DNA of 64,000 nt, from assembly GCA_965243395.1 (NCBI GenBank), contig CBDEUS010000002.1, positions 800,001-864,000 of the forward strand, given 5' to 3'. The position numbers were made by a program, and so were the translations under genes. Below are positions 19,690 to 28,059 of this stretch, in pieces (positions within the stretch are counted from its first letter, which is position 1; every line of letters begins with the position of its first letter). The notes beneath the pieces are model-generated. The model did no database searches. It was not told the DNA's origin and saw nothing but the letters and a program-made list of their open reading frames with translations. The DNA is from Gammaproteobacteria bacterium (GTDB lineage Bacteria; Pseudomonadota; Gammaproteobacteria; UBA4575).

Positions 19690-20949
19690 TTAACCAGCTG
19701 CAGCTTGTTCAGCTTTGTTGTTAAACCACTTCTCAGCTTCCTCGTCCCAACTATCTGAACGGAAATATGAGCTTTGGCGCGGTTCATTGATCATATTTGG
19801 ATCAACTTCAACACCAACACCTTCTAAGAAGTTGACCAAACCAATGCGTTCGATCATCTCTCCACAACGTTCATGCTCAAGACCATTTTCAGCCCAGAAA
19901 TCAATAGTTTCTTCAGCCAACTCTACTAGGCTCTCGTAATCTTCTTCGGTCTCAAGTTTCTTAAACGGAACAATTACAGTTCCCATTAAGTCGCCAATTT
20001 TAAGTGTACGCTTGCCACCAATTAATATTGTTACGCCTTGATCGTCACCTGGAGATAATGCTTTCACCATGACATTTAAACAGTGCATGCAGCGCACACA
20101 GTCTTGGTTATTTACTTCTAAGGTATCATCATCTTTAAGAGCGAGGGCTTGAGTGGGGCAGCGAGTGATTACATTATCAATTACATATTGGCGTCCTTTG
20201 CGTTTAACGAATTTTTTAACTTCGTCTTGGTCAACCTTCATGTCATCACGCCAAGTGCCAATAATGGAAAAATCCGAACGTTCGATTGAGTTCATGCAAT
20301 CATTTGGACAGCCTGAAACTTTAAATTTAAATTTGTATGGTAAAGCAGGACGATGAACATCATCTGTGAAATTATTTAGAAGTGTGCGATGAATTTTCAT
20401 TTCATCTGCATTGGACATTTCACAACGTGCAGCGCCTACACATGACATGCCTGTACGTACGCATGGTCCAGCACCACCTAAGTCCCATCCATAATCATTA
20501 ATTTCATCAAAAAAGTGTTGTGTGTTTTCAGTTGTTGCACCAATGAACATGATGTTTCCGGTTTGACCATGGAAAGTAACAAGACCTGAGCCATGTTTTT
20601 CCCAACTATCACCAAGCTGTCGTAGCATGTCTGTGGTGTAATAGTTACCTGCAGGTGGTTGTACTCGTAAAGTATGAAATTCCTTTGATTCAGGAAATGC
20701 CGCACCTACTTCAGAAAATCGTGGAATGATTCCACTACCGTAACCAAATACAGAAACCGTACCGCCTTTCCAATAACCTTTACGTGTTTCGTAAGAGTGT
20801 TCCAGTTGACCTAATAAAGAATTTGCTACGCCTTGAATTCTTTCGTCTTGATGTTGATCGCGTAAACGTTTAATGCCAGAAACAAAACTAGGCCAAGGAC
20901 CCGTTTCTAGCTCATCGAGCATGGGAGTTGGATGATGCTTGTCGGCCAT
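19690..20949 (-). CDS. dsrA: Dissimilatory sulfite reductase alpha subunit (oxidative type)
   Basis: GPWPSFV, CVGAARC and SGCPNDC siroheme motifs, CVRCMHC. Confidence 0.99.
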   Translation of the reverse strand: MADKHHPTPMLDELETGPWPSFVSGIKRLRDQHQDERIQGVANSLLGQLEHSYETRKGYWKGGTVSVFGYGSGIIPRFSEVGAAFPESKEFHTLRVQPPAGNYYTTDMLRQLGDSWEKHGSGLVTFHGQTGNIMFIGATTENTQHFFDEINDYGWDLGGAGPCVRTGMSCVGAARCEMSNADEMKIHRTLLNNFTDDVHRPALPYKFKFKVSGCPNDCMNSIERSDFSIIGTWRDDMKVDQDEVKKFVKRKGRQYVIDNVITRCPTQALALKDDDTLEVNNQDCVRCMHCLNVMVKALSPGDDQGVTILIGGKRTLKIGDLMGTVIVPFKKLETEEDYESLVELAEETIDFWAENGLEHERCGEMIERIGLVNFLEGVGVEVDPNMINEPRQSSYFRSDSWDEEAEKWFNNKAEQAAAG

Positions 20950-21267
20950 GGTGGAATCTCCTAATAACTTTAGTCGAGAATGTAAAATTGCACTTTAAAT
21001 AAGTGGACTAATTGTACCGAAACGGCACTGGCATAATTGCCGTAACCGTCATGGAAACACATGTTTAGCAGTCTAGAAGTAGGGCTAAATAGGCAAAATC
21101 CCCTCCATGGGGTGCCGACTTAAATACAACTTATCCCATGAGAGATAGAGTTTATTAGGGCGAGGAGATAAGTGAAATTCAGTGTACATAATGTAGTCTA
21201 AATACTTATTCTATAACCAATTTATTTACATCGGCTTATTCTTCAAAACTATTGTAATTCTTTAACT
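20950..21267. promoter_or_regulatory. Divergent control region between dsrA and the tauD-cas6 operon
   Basis: 318-bp non-coding gap with inverted repeats ACGGCA-N10-TGCCGT (21022-21043), GGCA..CCCC-TCCAT-GGGG-TGCC (about 21092-21116) and TATCCCA-TG-AGAGATA (21132-21147). Confidence 0.7.
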
Positions 21268-22185
21268 ATGAAGCCATGTTTTCTCGAATCTGAAAGTGAT
21301 TATCGCCAATGGCGGGCAGAGAAGCTTAGTGGATATCCTGACTCCATCGAGCCGCTCATTGTAGATATCGAGGATCCCTATCATATTTCGCAGCAAGAGA
21401 GGACGAAATTAGTCCAAATATGCAAAAAAACCAATATGGTTTTCTATCGGATACTAAATCTCAAAACTGAGGAAAAGGGAATTGTTAAAACTATTGCTGC
21501 ACAAGTTGGTTTAATGAACATGGATGGAAATTTGTGTGCGGATCAGAATCGAATTTCTTCGATTCAAGTTCTAGATGATAAGTTGAGTGGCAACTATATT
21601 CCGTATACTAACAAATCACTTAATTGGCATACCGATGGATATTACAATCAAGATCAACAACGCATTCGTTCTTTTTTGATGCATTGTGTACGACCTGCAC
21701 ACTCAGGTGGAATCAATTCTTATTTAGATCCTGAAATCTTTTATATTTTGTTGCGTGATCTAAATCCGAACTATATTGAGACATTGCAGAAAGAGGATGT
21801 GATGTCCATCCCGGCAAATATTGATAAAAATAAAGTAATTAGAAAAGAAAAGCAGGGACCAGTATTTTTATTTGATAAAAAATCACAATCGCTCTATCTA
21901 CGTTATACCGCAAGAGCGCGCAATATTATTTGGAAAGATAATGTTGAAACGAAAAAGGTAAGAGATGTGATATTAGATATATTAAATAATAACGATTATC
22001 AGTTTCAATATCGTTTGCAGAGTGGTGAAGGCGTTATTTGTAATAACGTATTGCACAACCGAACTTCATTTAAAGACCAACCTAACTCTACACGTTTACT
22101 ATACCGTGCACGTTTTTATGACCGCGTTGCGGCTACTGTACAAGAACATGACTTAAGGGAGCAGATTGATGTTGTGGCTAAGTGA
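21268..22185 (+). CDS. TauD/TfdA-family Fe(II)/2-oxoglutarate dioxygenase
   Basis: LNWHTDGYY (HxD), HCVRPAHSGG, NNVLHNRTSF, RLLYRARFYDR. Confidence 0.88.
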   Translation: MKPCFLESESDYRQWRAEKLSGYPDSIEPLIVDIEDPYHISQQERTKLVQICKKTNMVFYRILNLKTEEKGIVKTIAAQVGLMNMDGNLCADQNRISSIQVLDDKLSGNYIPYTNKSLNWHTDGYYNQDQQRIRSFLMHCVRPAHSGGINSYLDPEIFYILLRDLNPNYIETLQKEDVMSIPANIDKNKVIRKEKQGPVFLFDKKSQSLYLRYTARARNIIWKDNVETKKVRDVILDILNNNDYQFQYRLQSGEGVICNNVLHNRTSFKDQPNSTRLLYRARFYDRVAATVQEHDLREQIDVVAK

Positions 22186-22369
22186 AGTTTTGTTGCAACA
22201 TCATGAATTGCAATCTTTTGAGGAGCTTAAGTTAAAGTTGGGTGAGCGAGCCCAGCAAGGTGAAATGTTTTTTAGAATGGACGTGCGTCCACCCTTTCAA
22301 GATACACCCGAAAATTGGGAAGATATATTAGAAGCCGTGTTTACAGCGGCGAACAAATCGTCTGACTAA
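22169..22369 (+). CDS. Small conserved sulfur-oxidiser protein
   Basis: MLWLSEVLLQHHELQSFEEL...FFRMDVRPPFQDTPENWED; overlaps the end of the TauD-like gene; GGAG RBS. Confidence 0.8.
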   Translation: MLWLSEVLLQHHELQSFEELKLKLGERAQQGEMFFRMDVRPPFQDTPENWEDILEAVFTAANKSSD

Positions 22370-22378
22370 AAAATTAAC

Positions 22379-23068
22379 ATGTATTGGCAAGATAAAGAAG
22401 ATAAGAAAGAACAGTTTATCGTTCCAGACGACATCATTGATGTGTCATTTAAAGTGCAGTGTAAACAACTACCCTTGGATCATGCTTATGCGCTTTCGCA
22501 AGCCATTCAAAATGAATTACCCTGGATACATGATGAACCTCAGGCGGGGATCCACTTAATACATGGCGCAGAGTCTGGCAATGGCTGGATTCGTCCACAA
22601 GAGCCTGATGCAATTCTAAATTTATCTCGACGTACACGTTTTATGTTAAGGCTTCCAAAACATCGTGTTGAAGAAGCTCATCAGTTATTAAATGTGCCCA
22701 TAAATGTGGGAGGTTTTGAGGTGATTTTGAGCAATCCTCAGTCAAAAAAGCTTTCTGCACTGACTACAATATTCGCACGTCATATCATTACAGAAAGTAT
22801 TGAAGATGAAGATGAATTTTTAAATCAAGCGGCCCTGTTATTAAAGAATCAGGGAATACGGGTAAAGAAAATGATGAGTGGTTTAGCGCATGTGCTACGC
22901 ATGCCGGAGCAAAATTTATCAACCCGTAGCCTGATGATTGATGGGCTTGATATTGAAGAATCAATATTTTTGCAACAGCATGGTTTGGGGGAAGGCAGGA
23001 AAATAGGTTGTGGCTTATTTTTACCACATAAGGGGATTGACGCAGTGGGAGAAGCTCAGCAAAAATAA
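22379..23068 (+). CDS. cas6: Orphan Cas6/Cmx6-like RAMP protein (type I-MYXAN-like), no CRISPR context
   Basis: LPLDHAYALSQAI N-terminal motif, GIHLIHG, LRLP, C-terminal SIFLQQHGLGEGRKIGCGLFLPH Gly-rich loop (GhGxxxxxGhG). Confidence 0.85.
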   Translation: MYWQDKEDKKEQFIVPDDIIDVSFKVQCKQLPLDHAYALSQAIQNELPWIHDEPQAGIHLIHGAESGNGWIRPQEPDAILNLSRRTRFMLRLPKHRVEEAHQLLNVPINVGGFEVILSNPQSKKLSALTTIFARHIITESIEDEDEFLNQAALLLKNQGIRVKKMMSGLAHVLRMPEQNLSTRSLMIDGLDIEESIFLQQHGLGEGRKIGCGLFLPHKGIDAVGEAQQK

Positions 23069-23133
23069 TTACTTTGAAAGTAATTTAATAATAATTATCA
23101 AAACTGTTATTTATATTTTGTGAGGAGTTAGAT

Positions 23134-23475
23134 ATGGCAATGAATGTAAATGGCAAAGAAATAGAAACCACTGATTCTGGGTTTCTAGTGAGCCTAGAAG
23201 ACTGGAATAAAGAGGTGGCAGAGGAAATTGCTAAAGACGAGGGCGTTGAATTAACAGATAAACATTGGGATGTAATCAATTATTTACGGGATGAGTTTGT
23301 AAATAATAATGGCAATCTGCCTAATACCCGCAATATGGTTAAGGCTATGGCCAAAGCTTGGGGAGAGAAAAAAATTGATGCCAAAGTTTTATATGACTTA
23401 TTTCCAGGCAATCCAAGTAAACAAGCAGGCCGTATTGGAGGATTACCTGAGAGTAGGCGCAAAGGTGGTTATTAA
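23134..23475 (+). CDS. DsrC/TusE-fold protein with no cysteines (RspA-type)
   Basis: IETTDSGFL...DW...LTDKHWDVINYLR...LYDLFPGNPSKQAGRIGGLPESRRKGGY. Confidence 0.9.
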   Translation: MAMNVNGKEIETTDSGFLVSLEDWNKEVAEEIAKDEGVELTDKHWDVINYLRDEFVNNNGNLPNTRNMVKAMAKAWGEKKIDAKVLYDLFPGNPSKQAGRIGGLPESRRKGGY

Positions 23476-23574
23476 CTTCTTTGTATAATTCCACCCAATA
23501 CGGAATACAGACAGGCTTCAGGGGTCTGATTACATTAGTTATAACTATTTTCAGTGTTACTGAGCGAGGTTAAA

Positions 23575-23778
23575 GTGAGTTCAAAACAGGAAAAGATTAA
23601 AAAATTACTCGAAATGCAAAAAAAGTTTATTGAGTTTGAGCAGAATGGTGAATTGACTGCACAAGGTTATTGGTTTCCTGAAGATGGCTCTGAGCTTGAT
23701 GGCTACAAAGAAGAATATATGAAGCTTGCTATGGAAGTGGTAGATGACGCGCATGAAGAAGTGGGCTCGAAACGATAA
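23575..23778 (+). CDS. Small conserved acidic protein of sulfur oxidisers
   Basis: LEMQKKFIEFE...LAMEVVDDAHEEVGSKR; GTG 23575 after GAGG RBS. Confidence 0.8.
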   Translation: MSSKQEKIKKLLEMQKKFIEFEQNGELTAQGYWFPEDGSELDGYKEEYMKLAMEVVDDAHEEVGSKR

Positions 23779-23787
23779 CCAAAATTC

Positions 23788-23839
23788 ATAATGTAATAAA
23801 AAAAAGGCCGCGAATGCGGCCTTTTTTTTATTACATTAT
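23788..23839. terminator. Bidirectional intrinsic terminator
   Basis: Perfect 24-bp arms ATAATGTAATAAAAAAAAGGCCGC-GAAT-GCGGCCTTTTTTTTATTACATTAT between convergent genes. Confidence 0.93.
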
Positions 23840-24507
23840 TAAACTTCACTCCACATGCGTACCAAGTTTACATATACATTATCGATTCGTTTTGTATCTT
23901 CTGATTCAGGATCTTTACGCAACATTTTTTCTCTCGTTTTGTTGAGTTGATAAAGTAGCTCACGTTGTTCATTGCTGCGAATTAAACTTTGCACCCAGGT
24001 AACGGCTACCAAGCGCTCACCTTTGGTTATCGGTGTCACTTCATGATGAGTAGTAGCAGGATAGAGGACGGCGTCACCTGCAGGATATTTAATAGTTTGT
24101 TCACCATAGGGTGATCGTATGCGTAGTTCACCCCCTTCATATTCATCAGGAGCATTTAAGAAAATCGTTACTGCAATATCGGAACGGTAGTAATTGTCTT
24201 TGCCCATAATCGGGTCATCTAGATGTTCGCCATATTCCATTCCTATCTGGTAACGAGCATAAAATGGTGTGGCAACTCGATGTGGTAAAGCGGCACGTTG
24301 ATATTCTGGATGGCGAACTAAGTTATTCATGACAATTTGATTTAACTCGGCAATAATATTTTCATTAACCAGTTCTTCATTGTTTTTAACAGTTTTTGCA
24401 ATGTCGCCTGCTGATAGTTTTCCATGATGAAAATCTGCATTTGAGAGTAAAGCTTGAACTTGTTTGAGTTCCTTATCTCCAAGCACATGTTTAATTTGTA
24501 CTAACAT
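23839..24507 (-). CDS. PKHD-type Fe(II)/2OG hydroxylase (PiuC/YbiX-like)
   Basis: SAGDIAKTVKNN, YGEHLDD, RSDIAVTIFL, YEGGEL, HEVTPITKGERLVAVTWVQS. Confidence 0.92.
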   Translation of the reverse strand: MLVQIKHVLGDKELKQVQALLSNADFHHGKLSAGDIAKTVKNNEELVNENIIAELNQIVMNNLVRHPEYQRAALPHRVATPFYARYQIGMEYGEHLDDPIMGKDNYYRSDIAVTIFLNAPDEYEGGELRIRSPYGEQTIKYPAGDAVLYPATTHHEVTPITKGERLVAVTWVQSLIRSNEQRELLYQLNKTREKMLRKDPESEDTKRIDNVYVNLVRMWSEV

Positions 24508-24560
24508 TTTTTATAGTGCACGAAAGGTTATACTAGTGATCAATTCTGAATATGTAATTT

Positions 24561-24887
24561 GTGATGATACTTAAAGTTACAATCGATGAGAAAACATTTC
24601 CGCTTGAGGTGGATGAAGAGATGATGCAGCGTGCGGATAACGCATTTAAAAAAATGGATGACGACATGAGTCAAGGTTGGCAGATGAGTAGAGTGTGGGT
24701 TGAAAACCCATCTGATTTACAACGCTGTCAAATCGCTGCAGATAAAATGCTAACGGCCATACAGCAAGAGAATAAGGCTACGGTTGGTCTCATGGCGGCT
24801 TATATTATGCGTAAACTACCGGGAATCACTGCTATTGATATTGATACCTCGGGCGATATGACTTTAACGGAAGTCGTGATGAATTAG
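24561..24887 (+). CDS. Conserved hypothetical protein, sulfur-oxidiser associated
   Basis: KKMDDDMSQGWQMSRVWVENP...RCQIAADKMLTA...DTSGDM. Confidence 0.75.
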   Translation: MMILKVTIDEKTFPLEVDEEMMQRADNAFKKMDDDMSQGWQMSRVWVENPSDLQRCQIAADKMLTAIQQENKATVGLMAAYIMRKLPGITAIDIDTSGDMTLTEVVMN

Positions 24888-25086
24888 GGATGTTCAGCTT
24901 TACTAGTAACTCAGTAAATTCCTCTGAAACAACACAAAGTAAAACAGAATCAATACTTTTATTAGTGTTGTTTCCATCATCATAGCTCGCATTTTTAAGC
25001 ATAATCAGCAATACTTATCCCCCTAAAAATATGATTATTTAATTCCGGCAATGGCATGTCGGAATACCTTATCTCTGGAGGTACTT

Positions 25087-27015
25087 ATGGCGGAAGAGAG
25101 ACTTACGTTTCGACGCTACAAGGATGGTGATCATGTAACCACGCAGTGGAACAAGGACGTTGTTCAAAACGGACTTTCTGAAATTTGCCCGGCCTATATT
25201 CATCGCACTCCACCTTGTCAGGCTAGTTGTCCTTCTGGCCATGATATACGCGGATGGTTATCTATTGTTCGTGGCATCGATAAACCAAAAGGCGATATGA
25301 CGTGGGAAGAATATGCTTTTAGACGCATGACTATGTCGAATCCGTTTCCTTCTGTAATGGGTAGAGTGTGTCCCGCTCCTTGCGAAGATGGGTGTAATCG
25401 TAATGAGGTGGAAGAAGCGGTTGGAATTAATTCAGTTGAGCAATACGTTGGAGATTGGGCACTCGAACATAATTTAACTTTTCCAGAACCTGGACCAGAC
25501 AGTGGCAAAAAAGTTGCCATTGTTGGTGGTGGATGCGCCGGACTTACTGCGGCCTTCTTTTTAAGACAAAAAGGTCATGCATGCACATTATTTGATGAGT
25601 ATGACCAGCTTGGTGGCATGATGGTGTTTGGTATACCAGGTTATCGTACACCGCGTTCTGTTTTGGAAGGCGAGATTCAAAGAATTATTGATATGGGTGT
25701 AGAGGTCAAACTCAATACTCGTGTGGGTACTGATGTTTCGGTTGACGAACTTGAGCGAGATTATGACGCAATCTTTTGGGGGATTGGCGCAGTAGCTGGA
25801 AAAAGAATTCCTATTCCAGGTGGTGATGCGCCGAATGTTGTAGATGGAATGTCATATCTTCGAGCTTTCAATGAAGACCGATTGAAGTATTTAAATGGAC
25901 GCATTCTGGTGATTGGTGCCGGTGATACTGCAATGGATGTGCTAGCGGTTGCGCGACGTATTGGAAATATAAATAAAGTTACTAAAAAAGATCGTCCTGA
26001 AAATGTAATTTTAGGATACACCGTGCACGATGTTGCATCAGTGGCTAAACGTAAAGGTGCAGATGTTTGGGTAGTGTACAGACGTCCTATTTCTGAAGCG
26101 CCTGCAACTAAACATGAACTTGATGCCGTTATACGCGAGGGTGTGGAGATTCATGACGGTTTATCCCCTGTAGAAGTTATTCTGGATGAGAAAGGTCGGG
26201 CCAAAGCATTGCGCGTGGTGCCCGTTGAGCTTGTTGATGGTGAATTAAAAACTAAAGATGGTGAAGAGTTTGATATCGAATGTAGCCTGATAGTGAGCGC
26301 AACCGGTCAAACAGGTGATTACCGCGGTATTGAAGAGTTTGATAATGGATGGGGCTTAATGAATGCCGACAAGGTCTATCGAGTTGAAGGGAAGCCAGGG
26401 CATTTTGTTGCAGGAGATGCGATTAATCCGCATTTGTTAACTACTGCAATTGGGCAAGCGTCTATCGCTGCTGAAAGTATGCACCATTATTTAATGGACG
26501 AGGAAATTCCAGCCAGGCCTAAAATTGATACTCATCATTTTAAGTTGTTAGATGAATTACGAGAGCGTGAATTAGAGCCTGAACATTTTGAAACTCAAGA
26601 AGCATGGGGCACTGATTCTGCAAAATTTGCAGTGCATAATTATGAAGATCGCTCTGCTACAGAGATTGCAACTCATGACCAGTTGCACATGGCGTATTTT
26701 GAAGAAGTGCCAATGAATCGTAGAGATGAAGCGAACATTACTGCGGAAGAAGTGCTAAATAATTTTCAAGAACGTTTCTCTGTATTAGAAGAACAAAAAG
26801 CAATTGATGAAGCAGAGCGTTGCATGAGCTGTGGTATGTGTTTTGAATGTGACAACTGCGTTGTCTATTGTCCGGAAGATGCAATCTTCAGAGTAAAAAA
26901 GGAACAGTATGCAGTGGGGCGTTATGTCGATACCGATTATGACAAATGTGTAGGTTGTCACATCTGTGCAGATGTATGTCCAAGCGGTTATATCAAAATG
27001 GGATTAACGTATTAA
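25087..27015 (+). CDS. dsrL: Second DsrL paralog with YRR motif
   Basis: Collinear with 12597-14549 (LTFRR, TPPCQASCP, CMSCGMCFECDNC, CVGCHICADVCP) but GAGDTA and VYRRP; start ATG 25087 after GGAGG. Confidence 0.93.
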   Translation: MAEERLTFRRYKDGDHVTTQWNKDVVQNGLSEICPAYIHRTPPCQASCPSGHDIRGWLSIVRGIDKPKGDMTWEEYAFRRMTMSNPFPSVMGRVCPAPCEDGCNRNEVEEAVGINSVEQYVGDWALEHNLTFPEPGPDSGKKVAIVGGGCAGLTAAFFLRQKGHACTLFDEYDQLGGMMVFGIPGYRTPRSVLEGEIQRIIDMGVEVKLNTRVGTDVSVDELERDYDAIFWGIGAVAGKRIPIPGGDAPNVVDGMSYLRAFNEDRLKYLNGRILVIGAGDTAMDVLAVARRIGNINKVTKKDRPENVILGYTVHDVASVAKRKGADVWVVYRRPISEAPATKHELDAVIREGVEIHDGLSPVEVILDEKGRAKALRVVPVELVDGELKTKDGEEFDIECSLIVSATGQTGDYRGIEEFDNGWGLMNADKVYRVEGKPGHFVAGDAINPHLLTTAIGQASIAAESMHHYLMDEEIPARPKIDTHHFKLLDELRERELEPEHFETQEAWGTDSAKFAVHNYEDRSATEIATHDQLHMAYFEEVPMNRRDEANITAEEVLNNFQERFSVLEEQKAIDEAERCMSCGMCFECDNCVVYCPEDAIFRVKKEQYAVGRYVDTDYDKCVGCHICADVCPSGYIKMGLTY

Positions 27016-27061
27016 TAAAAACCCATAGAAGAAAATAAAAGCTTTTATAAAAAAGTAATTT

Positions 27062-27400
27062 CTATACTGCGCTTCCGAAGCCTTTGTCTTGTGCACCAGC
27101 AGGTGCATGCAGACCCGCTACTCTACAGCCTTGCGCAACTGGACCACCTGGGAATAGATCATATAAATATTTCATGCCGCCTTTGTAGTGGAATTTTTCT
27201 TCCAATGCATCATGCAATTCACGCATATTAATTTGCTTAATTTCATGGCGCGAATAAAATTCTTGTAAAGCATGGATTACGCCAAAATGATCTTCAGTCA
27301 GAACCAGACCTTCTTCTGTAGCTACATCAGTTGCATTCTCGTCCGTCCAATCTTCCGTAATGAACATCCGGGCATAATCATTTTTAGTAGTTACTGTCAT
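27062..27400 (-). CDS. DsrC-family protein lacking the terminal Cys (RspA-type)
   Basis: DWT...EEGLVLTEDHF...YLYDLFPGGPVAQGCRVAGLHAPAGAQDKGFGSAV. Confidence 0.88.
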   Translation of the reverse strand: MTVTTKNDYARMFITEDWTDENATDVATEEGLVLTEDHFGVIHALQEFYSRHEIKQINMRELHDALEEKFHYKGGMKYLYDLFPGGPVAQGCRVAGLHAPAGAQDKGFGSAV

Positions 27401-27618
27401 TTGTTTATCCCTTTTGTTACAACTAGATTACGTAAATAAATTGACGCTTCTAATTATATCAGTTTTTGCAAGCTCTAATAAAAAAAGGAATAGATAAAAG
27501 CTCAAAAATATTTGGGTTTATGCATATGGCTGTTTAATAAATTAGAGACGATATAAAATCGTTTTGTCTTTAAAGAAAGATTTATTTATATTTAAGCTGT
27601 ATCTCTATGGGAAAAATA

Positions 27619-28059
27619 TTACTTTGTTAATCTCTTTTCCATTCTTTTATGCTTGATTTCTGACAGCTCGCTTTTATTCTTACCTTTAATCACATAACCA
27701 TTTTTATGGTAAAAATTAATTGCGTTCTCGCGAGCATATAACCAACACTTTTGTGCATTATTGGTTATGGCATGATTCTCTAGATGGTTAAGAATTGTGC
27801 TGCCAATCATTTGATTTTGAAATTGTTCATGAACAGCCATATAGCGAATGCGTGCATCGCTATTTAATTCAAAATGAAGTCGACCGATTCCGACTATAGA
27901 ATCATTATAAAAGGCAGCCATATGAAAAGCGCTTTTTTCTAAGTCATCTTTTTCTGTTCCAATAGGGAGATTTAAGGGCTTACGTAATTGCTCCCAGCGG
28001 AATGCGAAATATTCTTCAAATTCATTCTTATTTGATGGTGACCGGTATATATACGACAT
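27619..28059 (-). CDS. GNAT acetyltransferase (YiiD N-terminal-like)
   Basis: RWEQLRKPL, ARIRYMAV...QNQMIG, ARENAINFYHKNGY. Confidence 0.88.
   Translation of the reverse strand: MSYIYRSPSNKNEFEEYFAFRWEQLRKPLNLPIGTEKDDLEKSAFHMAAFYNDSIVGIGRLHFELNSDARIRYMAVHEQFQNQMIGSTILNHLENHAITNNAQKCWLYARENAINFYHKNGYVIKGKNKSELSEIKHKRMEKRLTK

Noticed and set aside
21022-21043. Sigma-54 promoter (TGGCA...TTGC)
   Set aside because: The GG-to-GC distance is not the required 10 nt on either strand
23788-23839. MITE or REP element
   Set aside because: Single copy, A/T tracts on both sides, between convergent genes: explained as a bidirectional terminator
20950-25086. CRISPR array or leader near the cas6-like gene
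   Set aside because: No three or more equally spaced 25-45-bp repeats in any intergenic region here or elsewhere in the window
25051-27015. Glutamate synthase small subunit gltD
   Set aside because: It has the C-terminal ferredoxin domain and is collinear with DsrL; no gltB adjacent
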